Positions 17,159 to 26,536 of a stretch of DNA of 50,037 bases are shown here, piece by piece. Origin of the DNA: a virus (Duplodnaviria > Caudoviricetes); IMG/VR virus record IMGVR_UViG_3300044711_000066, positions 1-50,037 of that record. The stretch is one strand, 5' to 3'. Within the stretch, counting starts at the first letter, position 1, and each line of letters starts with the position of its first letter. Position numbers and translations under genes: made by a program. Below the pieces are notes generated by a model. It had not been told where the DNA came from, ran no database searches, and saw nothing but the letters and a program-made list of their open reading frames with translations.

Positions 17159-17846
17159 TGAAGTCCGAAAAAAGATTCCAATAGACCGGATCATCGAAGA
17201 CGAGACCTTACACGTCCGGGTGAAGATCAACCCGATGCTCGTGGACAAGTACCGCGAGCTGATCCGCGAACAGGGCTACATGGATCCGGTCCACGTATTC
17301 CGCAGCGAGGACGGAAAGTTCATCCTCACGGACGGCTACCACCGCCTGCGAGCCTATCGGGCCGAGAAACACGAGACCGTACCCTCCGAGATCCATGAGG
17401 GTACGAAGTCCGAGGCACTGGAGTTCGCCATCAAGGCCACCTGCCATGCCGGGGCCGCGTGTACCAACGCAGACAAGCGCCGGGCCGCGAGCCTAGCGGT
17501 GCTCGATCCCAAGATTGCCAAGTACACCGATAAGCGGATCGGGTACATGATCGGCGTTAGCCCGACGCTGGTCGGCGACGTCCGCCGCGGGGAGAGCCCC
17601 AAGGCCAAGCGCGAGCGCCACAAGGCCATCAAGGAAAATAAGTCCAAGGGGAAGGGTGACGGACCGGCGCTGATATCGGTCTCGGCCCACGAGCGTAAGG
17701 CTCCGGAGAAGGGCCCGTCGAGCGAGCAGTGCCTCCACCAGATCATCGAGTGGGTGAACGCGGATATCATCTCGGAAGAAGATGTTCTCAACGTGTTCCG
17801 GTCGGGGTCCGGGGAGTGGGTGTGGCAAGTAAGGAAAGCGAAATGA
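17148..17846 (+). CDS. ParB/Srx N-domain protein with HTH
   Basis: KIPIDRII, FILTDGYHRLRAY, HTH-like TDKRIGYMIGVSPTLVGDVRR; GAGGAG RBS. Confidence 0.8.
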   Translation: MADNEVRKKIPIDRIIEDETLHVRVKINPMLVDKYRELIREQGYMDPVHVFRSEDGKFILTDGYHRLRAYRAEKHETVPSEIHEGTKSEALEFAIKATCHAGAACTNADKRRAASLAVLDPKIAKYTDKRIGYMIGVSPTLVGDVRRGESPKAKRERHKAIKENKSKGKGDGPALISVSAHERKAPEKGPSSEQCLHQIIEWVNADIISEEDVLNVFRSGSGEWVWQVRKAK

Positions 17847-18211
17847 CAAAGTGGAATCCAAGTAAAGTCGCGATGATTTGTCACGAGGCCAACCGAGCAT
17901 ATTGCCTATCAATTGGAGACGATAGCCAGCCTTCTTGGTATGATGCCCCTGATTGGCAAAAGGAATCGGCATTGAAAGGGGTTCAGTTTCACTTTCACAA
18001 CCATGCGCACGGCATAACCCCTACTCCATCCGCTAGCCATGACTGTTGGCTCGAAGAGAAGCGTCTGGCCGGCTGGAAGTACGGACCAGTAAAAGACCCG
18101 GACAAAAAGGAACATCCGTGCTTTGTCTCGTACGATGATCTCCCGATCGAACAGCGCATGAAGGACTACCTGTTCGGTGCGATCTGTGCGGCCTTCGCCA
18201 ACGCCCAATAA
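17843..18211 (+). CDS. RyR-domain protein
   Basis: HDCWLEEKRLAGWKYGPVKD..KKEHPCFVSYDDLP..QRMKD. Confidence 0.85.
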   Translation: MTKWNPSKVAMICHEANRAYCLSIGDDSQPSWYDAPDWQKESALKGVQFHFHNHAHGITPTPSASHDCWLEEKRLAGWKYGPVKDPDKKEHPCFVSYDDLPIEQRMKDYLFGAICAAFANAQ

Positions 18212-18215
18212 ACCT

Positions 18216-18503
18216 ATGCCCGCCCTACTCAAACCAAGCGCGAGAGAAATTCGCCGGCTGTACAAGTCCGGCCAGGTCAAGATGAACGGCCTCCCGGTTC
18301 CCCCGGAAGAGTGGAATGAAATGCGCCGCGAGCGAATGAAGGTCGCGATCCGGTGCGCCACACTGTTCCTCATGGACGATCTGGCGGCCGAGCCAATCCG
18401 CCAGAAGCTCCGGCTCGGAAGGATATCAAAAGTCCGTGTCGGCCAGTACGTCCGTAAGGGCCTGGAGTTCTTCAAGGTCAGCGGATCACTGACGGGCCTA
18501 TGA
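18216..18503 (+). CDS. sigma-r4-like HTH protein
   Basis: ISKVRVGQYVRKGL resembles the sigma region 4 recognition helix. Confidence 0.5.
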   Translation: MPALLKPSAREIRRLYKSGQVKMNGLPVPPEEWNEMRRERMKVAIRCATLFLMDDLAAEPIRQKLRLGRISKVRVGQYVRKGLEFFKVSGSLTGL

Positions 18504-19102
18504 ACGCCTTCAATCCTCTGTACTATTACATCGGCGTCGTAACATCATTTGCCGTAGGGGTGTATCTTCTATTCCGTCTGGCGATGTGGTTGCGACGGCT
18601 GGCGTTATCCGCAAGGACTCCTTCTTCGGATCGTTCGGAGGCAGTCAGCCCGGAGCCGAACTCTTTAGATACCGTTAGAGTCAATCAGCTCGTGTCAGAG
18701 CTATCCGACCTCAACATCCCCCTTCAAAAACTGGTACAAGTGCTGAGTAAGCCGCCAGCAGTTAGTACAACATTGGACAAGTCCGTGGAGGAGAGCGCGG
18801 CTCTCTACAAACATACCTGTGGTCTCTATGAGGAATCCTTCAAAGAGCAGGCCCGCCAGTCTCGGATCCTGGAAGACATGGCCGGTTATCTTCTGGAGGT
18901 CACCAAGCAACTGCGCCGTCTCAACCGCAAGTTCAGCGGCGAAGCGTTTGATGACGTGACCGACGAGCGGGCGCAGGAGATCGAGCGGATCAACGACCTA
19001 ATGGACCGGACCGGGATCGGTCGCCAGGAAGCAACGGAGAGAATCCGGTCCGAGCGGACCTATACTAGAGACAGCCTGGGCATCGGAGACCGGAGAAGAT
19101 AA
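18500..19102 (+). CDS. membrane-anchored coiled-coil protein
   Basis: N-terminal TM helix, helical body. Confidence 0.65.
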   Translation: MNAFNPLYYYIGVVTSFAVGVYLLFRLAMWLRRLALSARTPSSDRSEAVSPEPNSLDTVRVNQLVSELSDLNIPLQKLVQVLSKPPAVSTTLDKSVEESAALYKHTCGLYEESFKEQARQSRILEDMAGYLLEVTKQLRRLNRKFSGEAFDDVTDERAQEIERINDLMDRTGIGRQEATERIRSERTYTRDSLGIGDRRR

Positions 19103-20088
19103 TGGGACTTTCACGAGAACGGCTCCAGCGCGTCATCGCCAAGCGCATCCAGAAGCGGGTTAAGATTGCCGTCGAAGCGGCCCTCGAAATCGCCGACGAG
19201 ATCGTGGATGATATCGATCTGGCAATGGACGTGGCGTCAGAGGGTGAGGGAGTACGGCCGATCCGGTTCGAGCGCGAAGACGCAGAACAGCCCGTCATAC
19301 CTCCGCCTCCGCCCAAGGTCACGGTGGAACCTCCGCGAGGCGGGTGGGAAGGCAGCAGACCTCCAGAAAACGGAGAGAAGCGCCTGCTCGTGGTTCCCGG
19401 AGACAAGGAATTCAAGGAGACCGCCGCCGATCTCAAGGACCTGGCGAAGAGCACCGGAAAGATCCGCCCCATCCCTCTCAGCCGGGTTCAGATTGAACGT
19501 CGGTCCGGGATGCCCGAGCGCCAGTGGTGGGTTCCCGAGACCCTCATCAAGGCTCTCTCGGAAAGTTTCCCGGAGAAAATCACCTTCGTACCGGACGGCC
19601 TCGACGAAACGCATAAGATCACGGTGGTCCGCAATATCCTCAACCAGGCCGGACTGAACATCGTCAACCTGGAGTACGCTCATCCGGCGATCAACCAGGA
19701 CATGGGATCGACGGCCGACGTCGTGAAGATACCGCTGGTGGCCCGCATGTCGTTCTCGGTCTACGACAAAGAGATCGACCGCGAGAAGACGATGGAGGCC
19801 ATGCTCACCCAGCTCCGGGGGCTGTACAAGCCTCGGGCCCCGCAGATGATTCCGGTCATGGGGTACGAGACTCCACTGCGTCCCGAGGACGCCGGAGGAA
19901 CGGACCGGGAGACCATGCGGATCGATTCCAACTGGACGCCGCAGGGTCCGAGGACTCCGCTGGAGCACCCGATCACCCTGTCTGACGGGACTGTCATCAA
20001 CGCCGTCAACGACGCCCAACCGGCTACCATCCAGCGCGTCCGGGGATGGAACGACAGCGAGACCCCGCAGACCGCACGCCGCAAGTAA
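19102..20088 (+). CDS. hypothetical protein
   Basis: 328 aa, TAATG overlap. Confidence 0.75.
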   Translation: MGLSRERLQRVIAKRIQKRVKIAVEAALEIADEIVDDIDLAMDVASEGEGVRPIRFEREDAEQPVIPPPPPKVTVEPPRGGWEGSRPPENGEKRLLVVPGDKEFKETAADLKDLAKSTGKIRPIPLSRVQIERRSGMPERQWWVPETLIKALSESFPEKITFVPDGLDETHKITVVRNILNQAGLNIVNLEYAHPAINQDMGSTADVVKIPLVARMSFSVYDKEIDREKTMEAMLTQLRGLYKPRAPQMIPVMGYETPLRPEDAGGTDRETMRIDSNWTPQGPRTPLEHPITLSDGTVINAVNDAQPATIQRVRGWNDSETPQTARRK

Positions 20089-20204
20089 CAATCTCGTACA
20101 CTATAAGGCAGTTGGAAGAGACGGACAGATTGCATGACACCCTTTGAAGTGGGGACTGTACCAAGTGGCAAATTGCATGCTCATGGTAACTGGCCGTTCT
20201 CAAT

Positions 20205-20233
20205 TTGATTCCTAAGTCATTACGGGCTATACT
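20205..20233 (+). promoter_or_regulatory. sigma70-like promoter (leaderless)
   Basis: TTGATT-N17-TATACT-N6-GTG. Confidence 0.65.
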
Positions 20234-20239
20234 TCTCGC

Positions 20240-20623
20240 GTGCCACAGCTCGCACGGCTCTTCAATCTTTCAGACCTAAACTGGGGAGACTGGATCTACG
20301 GACTGATCTCCGCATTCATCGCCGGGGGATCGAGCGCCGTGGTCAGCGGGTTCGTCGTGGCGATCAACGATCCCAAGGATTACAACTTCTCGCAGTGGAA
20401 GTTCTACTATCTGGTGTTCTCGGTATTCGCCGCGTCCGGGACGCTAAACTTCTTCGCCTACCTGAAGCAGAACCCCGTTCCGACAGTTCGGACCGTAACG
20501 GAGGCCAAGATTGTAGAGACGGGCAACGAGCCTCACAAGACCATCGTTACCGAAGTGAAGACAACCACCACGGCCCCTTCCACCGATACCCCAAAGCCGG
20601 TGCCCAATGCCGACAGCAAGTAA
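20240..20623 (+). CDS. two-TM membrane protein, possible holin
   Basis: Two hydrophobic helices, YLKQNPVP, polar tail. Confidence 0.55.
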   Translation: MPQLARLFNLSDLNWGDWIYGLISAFIAGGSSAVVSGFVVAINDPKDYNFSQWKFYYLVFSVFAASGTLNFFAYLKQNPVPTVRTVTEAKIVETGNEPHKTIVTEVKTTTTAPSTDTPKPVPNADSK

Positions 20624-21071
20624 AGGCAAGAAGGAAAAGAAAAAGGTCGATCTCACCCCGAAGCCGATCAAGGACATCAAGGTCCCCGAGCGGCTGACCA
20701 AGCCCGCCACGGTTCGCTCGATGGCGCGCGGAGTCATTCAGAAAAAGCTCCACGCCTTCTTCGGGCCGACCGCCATGATCGAGGCATACCAGGGAGTAAT
20801 CCGGGCCGCTAAGGACGGAAACGTCCAGGCGATCCGGAGCATCTTCGAGCAGTATGGACTGCTGCCATCCGCAAAGGGAGGCGGCATCACCATCCTCAAT
20901 GCCCCAAGCTTTCAGCAGAACAATGCCAATGAAGCGATTGCCGCCGCAGCGGCTAAGAACAAAGGCCCATCCGACTTCGAGGACATCGTGCGAGTGCTCG
21001 AAGAAGAGCGCAAGGTAATCGATGTCCGCAGCCGAGAGGTAATGCCCACTCCGGAGGGAGCGGCCGAGTAG
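20607..21071 (+). CDS. putative terminase small subunit
   Basis: Directly upstream of TerL; AKDGNVQAIR helical motif. Confidence 0.5.
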   Translation: MPTASKGKKEKKKVDLTPKPIKDIKVPERLTKPATVRSMARGVIQKKLHAFFGPTAMIEAYQGVIRAAKDGNVQAIRSIFEQYGLLPSAKGGGITILNAPSFQQNNANEAIAAAAAKNKGPSDFEDIVRVLEEERKVIDVRSREVMPTPEGAAE

Positions 21072-21073
21072 CA

Positions 21074-23317
21074 ATGCGCGATGCCGGCGTCCAGCTCCTG
21101 ATCGATCACCTCGACAGGCTTCCCGAAGAGAACGATATCCCGGCCGACGAGTGGGTGAGGCTCCCGCAAGCCACGAAGTTCGCGATGCTCTCCACCCAGG
21201 AGAAGACTGCAATCCTGGAGCAAGCCAGGTTCTGTACAAATCCCGACAACGGATTTGAGTACGCCGCCCGCAATTATTTCTGGCTCATCAACAACGAGTC
21301 CAAGGACCAACTGTTCAGCCTCTGGGAGAGCCAGTACCTCGTCCTGGAGACAATGCGCAAGATCAAAGCGCAGGGGAAGTGCCAAAAGATATTCGTTATC
21401 AAAGCGCGCCGACTTGGCATGTCACTTCTCATAGAGGCTCTGATCGCCTGGCGAACGATTTTCTTCCGTAACATCAACGCCATCGTGGTCTCGACCGACG
21501 AAGACTCAGCCGCCTATCTGTTCGGCATGATGAAGCACATCTATGACAAGCTACCGTGGTGGCTTCAGCCCGAAGTGGCCTCGCGCGAAGAAAGCAGCTC
21601 GCTCGTGTTCGACCGCCGCGACCCGGCGATGCGTGGTATCCGTCCCGGAAACCAGTCTCAGGTCATGGTGCAGTACGCCACCCAGTTCTCGGGAGTCGGT
21701 GAAGGGCGCCGTATCTCGGCGTGCCACCTCTCGGAGATCGCCGGCATGCAGCAGCACAAAGCCCAGGAGATCATTGAAGAAGATTTGACGCCGGCCATTC
21801 ACGACACTCCAGAAAACTTTGCCTTCATCGAATCTACGGGCAAGGGAACAGGAAACTATACGCACCTGCTCTGGAGAGCCTGCGAGAAGCTGGGAGCCAG
21901 GTCTCGCTGGTACCCGCTGTTCCTCGGGTTCTTCTTTGAGACGAGCCGCGTGATATCGGTTCCAAAGGACTGGAAGCCACAGAAGCATGAAGTCGGCATG
22001 CGAGAGCGAATCAAAAAAGAATGGCTCAGGTGCAACGATGCGGCATGCAAGACCTACCACCCGGTCAACGTTCATTTCGAGTCCATGGAAGGCAAGCTAT
22101 GCTCCATGTGTAACCGGGGGACCTTGCATCCGGTTGTCCTCACCAACCAGCAACTCGGGTGGGTTGAAGACCGGAGAATCAACGCAGAGGCCACGTCCAC
22201 GGAGGCCGTCAGGAAGTTCCGCCAGGAGTTCGCAGCGACGGCCGAGGATAGTTTCCAGGTCTCCGGCTATTCGGTATTCGACGAACTCTGCTACGAGATG
22301 GTGGATAGGTACATCGAAGAGCCGATACGGGTCGGCTTCATCGGCCTCGACGGTAAGTTCCACGGTCACAACCCGAATACAAAAAGGTGCCATGTCTCTG
22401 GATGTAACGACAAACACGAATATCTGGGACCGCTAGACGAGAAGTTCAAGATGTGGCGCGAGCCGGTGGAAGGCGCCACGTATTCCGTGGGTGTCGATGT
22501 CTCCGAGGGCATCGGCCAGGACTACTCAGTTATCTTCGTCAACCGGGTAGGAGGCATGCATTCTCCGGACGAGCAGGTGGCCGTCTGGAGCGACAATCAA
22601 ACGGACCCCAAGGAGCTGGCATTCTTCGCAAATGCGATCGGCCGCATGTATAACGATGCCCTGATGTGCGTCGAGTACAACGTCTACATGACGACCGGAG
22701 ACGACCTGATCTATGTCTACCACTACCCAAATATTTACCGCTGGAAGAACAAAGAATCGTCCCTAAACGTCAACACGAGCAAATGGCATTGGTGGACCAA
22801 GGCCGGCCACAAGACTACGCTCTATCAAAACGCCCGCTACTGGATGCGCAGCGGCGCCTGGATCATCCACTCTAAGAACTTCCGGCATGAGATGACGACT
22901 TTTGTGAAGGAAGAGTACGAAGACCGGACGGCCGGGCACACCGCGAACACCCATGATGACGAGCTCATGGCCGGGCTGATCTGTTTGTATTGCCCGCATG
23001 AGTTTGACGTGGACCCGGCGACCGGGAAGATTCCGATCCCGGGCGGCGGCTATCAGCAGGAGGAAACCGGTCCCAAGGACTGGATCGCTTCGTGCGATTC
23101 CTGCGGGGCCGAGTGGGAAGCAAGCGGTCCGGAAGAGTATTACCGATGCCCGGCGACCAACCCCGAGGACGGGACGGAGTGTAGCTCGATACGGCTCCGG
23201 TGCCGTCGTAAGGTGGCGCTGGCAAACGACATCGAGACTGCGGACACGCTACTCGCCCAGCTCTCAGCAAAGACTCCGGTCCAGATAGCGGAGAGCACTT
23301 CGCTCGACATGATGTAG
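21074..23317 (+). CDS. terL: terminase large subunit
   Basis: Walker A KARRLGMS, Walker B CHLSE, FIESTG, nuclease GVDVSEG and HDDELMA. Confidence 0.93.
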   Translation: MRDAGVQLLIDHLDRLPEENDIPADEWVRLPQATKFAMLSTQEKTAILEQARFCTNPDNGFEYAARNYFWLINNESKDQLFSLWESQYLVLETMRKIKAQGKCQKIFVIKARRLGMSLLIEALIAWRTIFFRNINAIVVSTDEDSAAYLFGMMKHIYDKLPWWLQPEVASREESSSLVFDRRDPAMRGIRPGNQSQVMVQYATQFSGVGEGRRISACHLSEIAGMQQHKAQEIIEEDLTPAIHDTPENFAFIESTGKGTGNYTHLLWRACEKLGARSRWYPLFLGFFFETSRVISVPKDWKPQKHEVGMRERIKKEWLRCNDAACKTYHPVNVHFESMEGKLCSMCNRGTLHPVVLTNQQLGWVEDRRINAEATSTEAVRKFRQEFAATAEDSFQVSGYSVFDELCYEMVDRYIEEPIRVGFIGLDGKFHGHNPNTKRCHVSGCNDKHEYLGPLDEKFKMWREPVEGATYSVGVDVSEGIGQDYSVIFVNRVGGMHSPDEQVAVWSDNQTDPKELAFFANAIGRMYNDALMCVEYNVYMTTGDDLIYVYHYPNIYRWKNKESSLNVNTSKWHWWTKAGHKTTLYQNARYWMRSGAWIIHSKNFRHEMTTFVKEEYEDRTAGHTANTHDDELMAGLICLYCPHEFDVDPATGKIPIPGGGYQQEETGPKDWIASCDSCGAEWEASGPEEYYRCPATNPEDGTECSSIRLRCRRKVALANDIETADTLLAQLSAKTPVQIAESTSLDMM

Positions 23318-23321
23318 CCGC

Positions 23322-23350
23322 TTGACATTCCCCGGTAAGGTCTTTACTAT
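23322..23350 (+). promoter_or_regulatory. sigma70-like promoter (leaderless)
   Basis: TTGACA-N17-TACTAT-N6-ATG. Confidence 0.8.
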
Positions 23351-23356
23351 ACCCCC

Positions 23357-23935
23357 ATGGATACGTCACCAGAAGTCCTGATCCACACACAGGTTTCTCT
23401 TACCCAAGACCAAGTGAAAAAGCTCTGCGCCGATGACCCAGACGCCAACGTCGGGGAGAGGATATCTGGGATCGCCACCTATTCTCTGCAATGTCTGGCC
23501 GATGGCGGGATGGTGGTAAAGCCTCTGGAGATGCGGGCGATCGAGCAGTCGATCGGACAGGCCGTCGCGAGCGGGGAAGAGATCCTACCGTTCATTGAGG
23601 CGGGATCCGAACGGGCTGGCGGAAAACTGCGCGCAGTGTGGTACGTGGATCCAGCTTATGAAGAGCAACTCAGGCAAATGGCAGAATTTCAAAATCGCCC
23701 CGTTGACGAAATTGTCCAAGCCGCCATGGACGAGGCAGTTGATAACGGTTGGCTGCTTGGTGAGGTCTTGCCACCTCCACGAAGAGTTCTGATGACTCCT
23801 GACGACTACAATGCCCTGAAGGACATTCTTGGCTCCGACTTTTCTAACGGGACAGAGTTAGCTGATCTCGTTAAGAAATCAACAGGGGCGACCTCGCCGT
23901 TCATGGACGAAGTTGTTCCCCTGACGAAGCAATAA
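23357..23935 (+). CDS. hypothetical protein, possible ribbon-helix-helix
   Basis: 192 aa; own promoter. Confidence 0.7.
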   Translation: MDTSPEVLIHTQVSLTQDQVKKLCADDPDANVGERISGIATYSLQCLADGGMVVKPLEMRAIEQSIGQAVASGEEILPFIEAGSERAGGKLRAVWYVDPAYEEQLRQMAEFQNRPVDEIVQAAMDEAVDNGWLLGEVLPPPRRVLMTPDDYNALKDILGSDFSNGTELADLVKKSTGATSPFMDEVVPLTKQ

Positions 23936-24018
23936 AATGCCAAGGCCGTATACCGGAAATTGGTATGGAGAAATGCCGACAAGAAATTACGTTTAATGCC
24001 CGCATCCAAGGAGGCCGT

Positions 24019-24420
24019 ATGAGCGAGATGACCGATGTTGCTATCGTTTCTCCTCTCGAAGAGTGCAGGAGACAATTAGCGGAGAGGCAATGCCCCTGCG
24101 GTCCCGTGCATTCCGTATTGCTAGAAACCGTAGCGTTCTATGTTTGTCAGACTCAGGATGTGCCGATAGACGAGGACGACAAGAAATACTGGGACATACG
24201 GCATTATATCTACGCTTTTCCCAAGTCAGGGTCGAATGATTTGGCGTTTTGGGTTTCGGTATCTTCGCGGGAGAACGAGTCTCCAAGGCAGCAATTGTTC
24301 AGACACATCAATGCTTATTTGAAGCTCGCCAAGCTCGTGCTTGGGAGAGGGTTTTCCGATGACGCTTTCGCCCTGCAAGAGGCATCGCTGGAGCTATCCA
24401 AGAAAGCAGATCAGCTATGA
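24019..24420 (+). CDS. hypothetical protein
   Basis: AAGGAGG RBS before MSEMTD. Confidence 0.6.
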   Translation: MSEMTDVAIVSPLEECRRQLAERQCPCGPVHSVLLETVAFYVCQTQDVPIDEDDKKYWDIRHYIYAFPKSGSNDLAFWVSVSSRENESPRQQLFRHINAYLKLAKLVLGRGFSDDAFALQEASLELSKKADQL

Positions 24421-24974
24421 ATCGCCGCAACTTCTTCCGTTTTCTCCCGGCCTCCGCAGTCGGAGGGGCCGCAGTGGTACTGGCCAAGCCGGGCAGTCCA
24501 GGCAGAGAGACCCTAAAGCACATAGACCCTCCGGAGTTGCCTGCATACGTGTCGGAATTGATGCGACACACCATTCCGTCAAATACTTTTCGTTATAAAA
24601 ACTGGTCTATCTTCTGGACGGGATGGAAGTCCGCAAGTGACAACGTTCGTCTCTGCGGTCAGTGGGTTGCGGCTCCCAATTCTCCGGGAAGATTCCATCT
24701 GTACTCTGCTGTTCCGGGATGGTTTGGGCCGTTCAACAGGGGCGAGGTTTTCAATGGATGCCATCGGGAAGACCAAGACCCAAGGCTCTATGACTTCGCT
24801 GCGGTGCCGACCATGGTACACGCCGCGGCAAAGTATAAGGCCCTGAACATCCTCGGCGCGCTCTGCGATCTAGGCGATTGGCCCTTGGCTCCGTGGGACG
24901 AGAGGATGAGCGGAGAGAGGCTGGCGCACTTGTACCTGGCCCACAAGGGCTTGGTTCCGCCGCCTCGACCGTAG
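24417..24974 (+). CDS. protein with twin-arginine-like N-terminus
   Basis: MNRRNFFRFLPASAVGGAAVVLA. Confidence 0.65.
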   Translation: MNRRNFFRFLPASAVGGAAVVLAKPGSPGRETLKHIDPPELPAYVSELMRHTIPSNTFRYKNWSIFWTGWKSASDNVRLCGQWVAAPNSPGRFHLYSAVPGWFGPFNRGEVFNGCHREDQDPRLYDFAAVPTMVHAAAKYKALNILGALCDLGDWPLAPWDERMSGERLAHLYLAHKGLVPPPRP

Positions 24975-24989
24975 TTCAATATTGTACAA

Positions 24990-25406
24990 ATGCCAATTTT
25001 TGAAACCTGTTGCTCAGAATCCTCCTGCTCGCAGTACGCGATCTCGGTAGAGCATTATTATGCCCACTCTACTGACGAGAATGCTCTGTGTGAAGCCTGC
25101 GGCGGTCCGACCCGTAGGCTGGTGAGCGGGTTTAACTCCCCGTTGATGGGCGTGATCTCGGCTACGAAGTACGGAGACCGCAGCATTCCGGGGCCGGCAG
25201 CGTTTGAAGACGGACACATTGCTTGGCGCCGCAAGACGCTGAGCGGCAAGCCGGAGCCGGTGTACATCGACACCTTCGAGAAGCAGCGGGAGTTCTGCAA
25301 GTCCGAGGGCTTAAGAAATCCGTCTGAGTGCCCGCGAGCTATGTCTCCCGACGAGGGCGGCAAGGGAGTAGTTAACACTCAGGGAATGCCTGGGTGCTGG
25401 ACTTAG
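24990..25406 (+). CDS. FmdB-like Zn-ribbon protein
   Basis: MPIFE..C....C...CEACGG...RLVS. Confidence 0.7.
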   Translation: MPIFETCCSESSCSQYAISVEHYYAHSTDENALCEACGGPTRRLVSGFNSPLMGVISATKYGDRSIPGPAAFEDGHIAWRRKTLSGKPEPVYIDTFEKQREFCKSEGLRNPSECPRAMSPDEGGKGVVNTQGMPGCWT

Positions 25407-25420
25407 TGTAAGATATCCGC

Positions 25421-26536
25421 ATGGCCACTGCGCCGCGCCCTGCGGTCGAGTACGCTCGCTACCCCGAAGTCCCGGTGCCAGGCCATCCGTTGGCGAATTC
25501 TCGCGGCTACGTACTCCTTCACAGGCTCGTGCTCTACAACAAAATCGGTCCGGAAGAGCAAGAATGCCACTGGTGCAAAAAGCCAATCCTCTGGGCTCCA
25601 GGCCACTCTACAGAAAATTCTATCGTCTCCGACCATTTGAATTTTGATCAGCACGATCCTCACCCGGATAACCTGGTGGCATCATGCAGGACCTGTAATC
25701 TACGGAGATCGTCCGGATTGCCGCTTCAGCCAGGAGAATTGTTCGTAGAGTATGGATCTCATCGCGCGAGGGCCAAGCTTCTAAGTTGTCCGCATTGCTC
25801 GACAGAGTTTCTTTCGAGGGTGAATAGGCTCGGGATACCGTACAGGAGATATTGCTCAAGGGGTTGCTCAACGAAGGCTCAATGGAAAGCCGGGAAAATA
25901 TCTCCCACTCCCAGGAAGGACAAACTTGTCGGGTACAGATCTTCCCATAAGAATAGTATTCCTGAGATAGCGACAGGGTGCGGAACCACCACTGAGCACA
26001 GAGTCATTCTCTTTAAGAAAATCGGTCTCGGTCCACACCCGTGCCACTGGTGCGGATCGCCCGTTGATTGGATCAAAAGGAAACCTAAGGCAGGAGGATG
26101 GGACGGAGTTCTCCTGGTGGATCATCTGAATTGGGTGCGAGATGACAACGATCCCGGCAATCTTGTGCCTTGCTGCCACCACTGTAACGTTTCCCGAAGG
26201 AAACATAGGGCTCCGATAGTCACGAGAAACTGTGAGACATGCGGGAGAGAATTTAGTAAAAGAGACACCGGAAATCCAAAGTGGGGGAAATTTTGCGGTC
26301 GATCCTGCCGAAGCAAATTTATCATGAAGGATCGAAGGAATGTCTTGGCTGACGCCCGCCGAATTCCTGTTGGCGAGCTATCTGTCCCTAGCGGACCGCA
26401 TCGGAAAAGAGCCGTTGAATTTAAGTGCAAGCAGTGCGGGTCCACCTCTCTCCGCCCGTTAGCGTCGAAGAAACAATTTTGTAATGCTCGATGTTACGGA
26501 GACTCCATAGCGGGAATCAAAAGAGGTCCGAGATAA
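25421..26536 (+). CDS. HNH homing endonuclease (two HNH modules plus Cys repeats)
   Basis: HRLV..CHWC..DHLNF..DNLVASCRTCN twice; YCSRGC, FCGRSC, FCNARC repeats; lower GC. Confidence 0.85.
   Translation: MATAPRPAVEYARYPEVPVPGHPLANSRGYVLLHRLVLYNKIGPEEQECHWCKKPILWAPGHSTENSIVSDHLNFDQHDPHPDNLVASCRTCNLRRSSGLPLQPGELFVEYGSHRARAKLLSCPHCSTEFLSRVNRLGIPYRRYCSRGCSTKAQWKAGKISPTPRKDKLVGYRSSHKNSIPEIATGCGTTTEHRVILFKKIGLGPHPCHWCGSPVDWIKRKPKAGGWDGVLLVDHLNWVRDDNDPGNLVPCCHHCNVSRRKHRAPIVTRNCETCGREFSKRDTGNPKWGKFCGRSCRSKFIMKDRRNVLADARRIPVGELSVPSGPHRKRAVEFKCKQCGSTSLRPLASKKQFCNARCYGDSIAGIKRGPR

Noticed and set aside
18500-19102. Spanin call
   Set aside because: TM plus coiled coil only; no overlapping lipoprotein or endolysin seen
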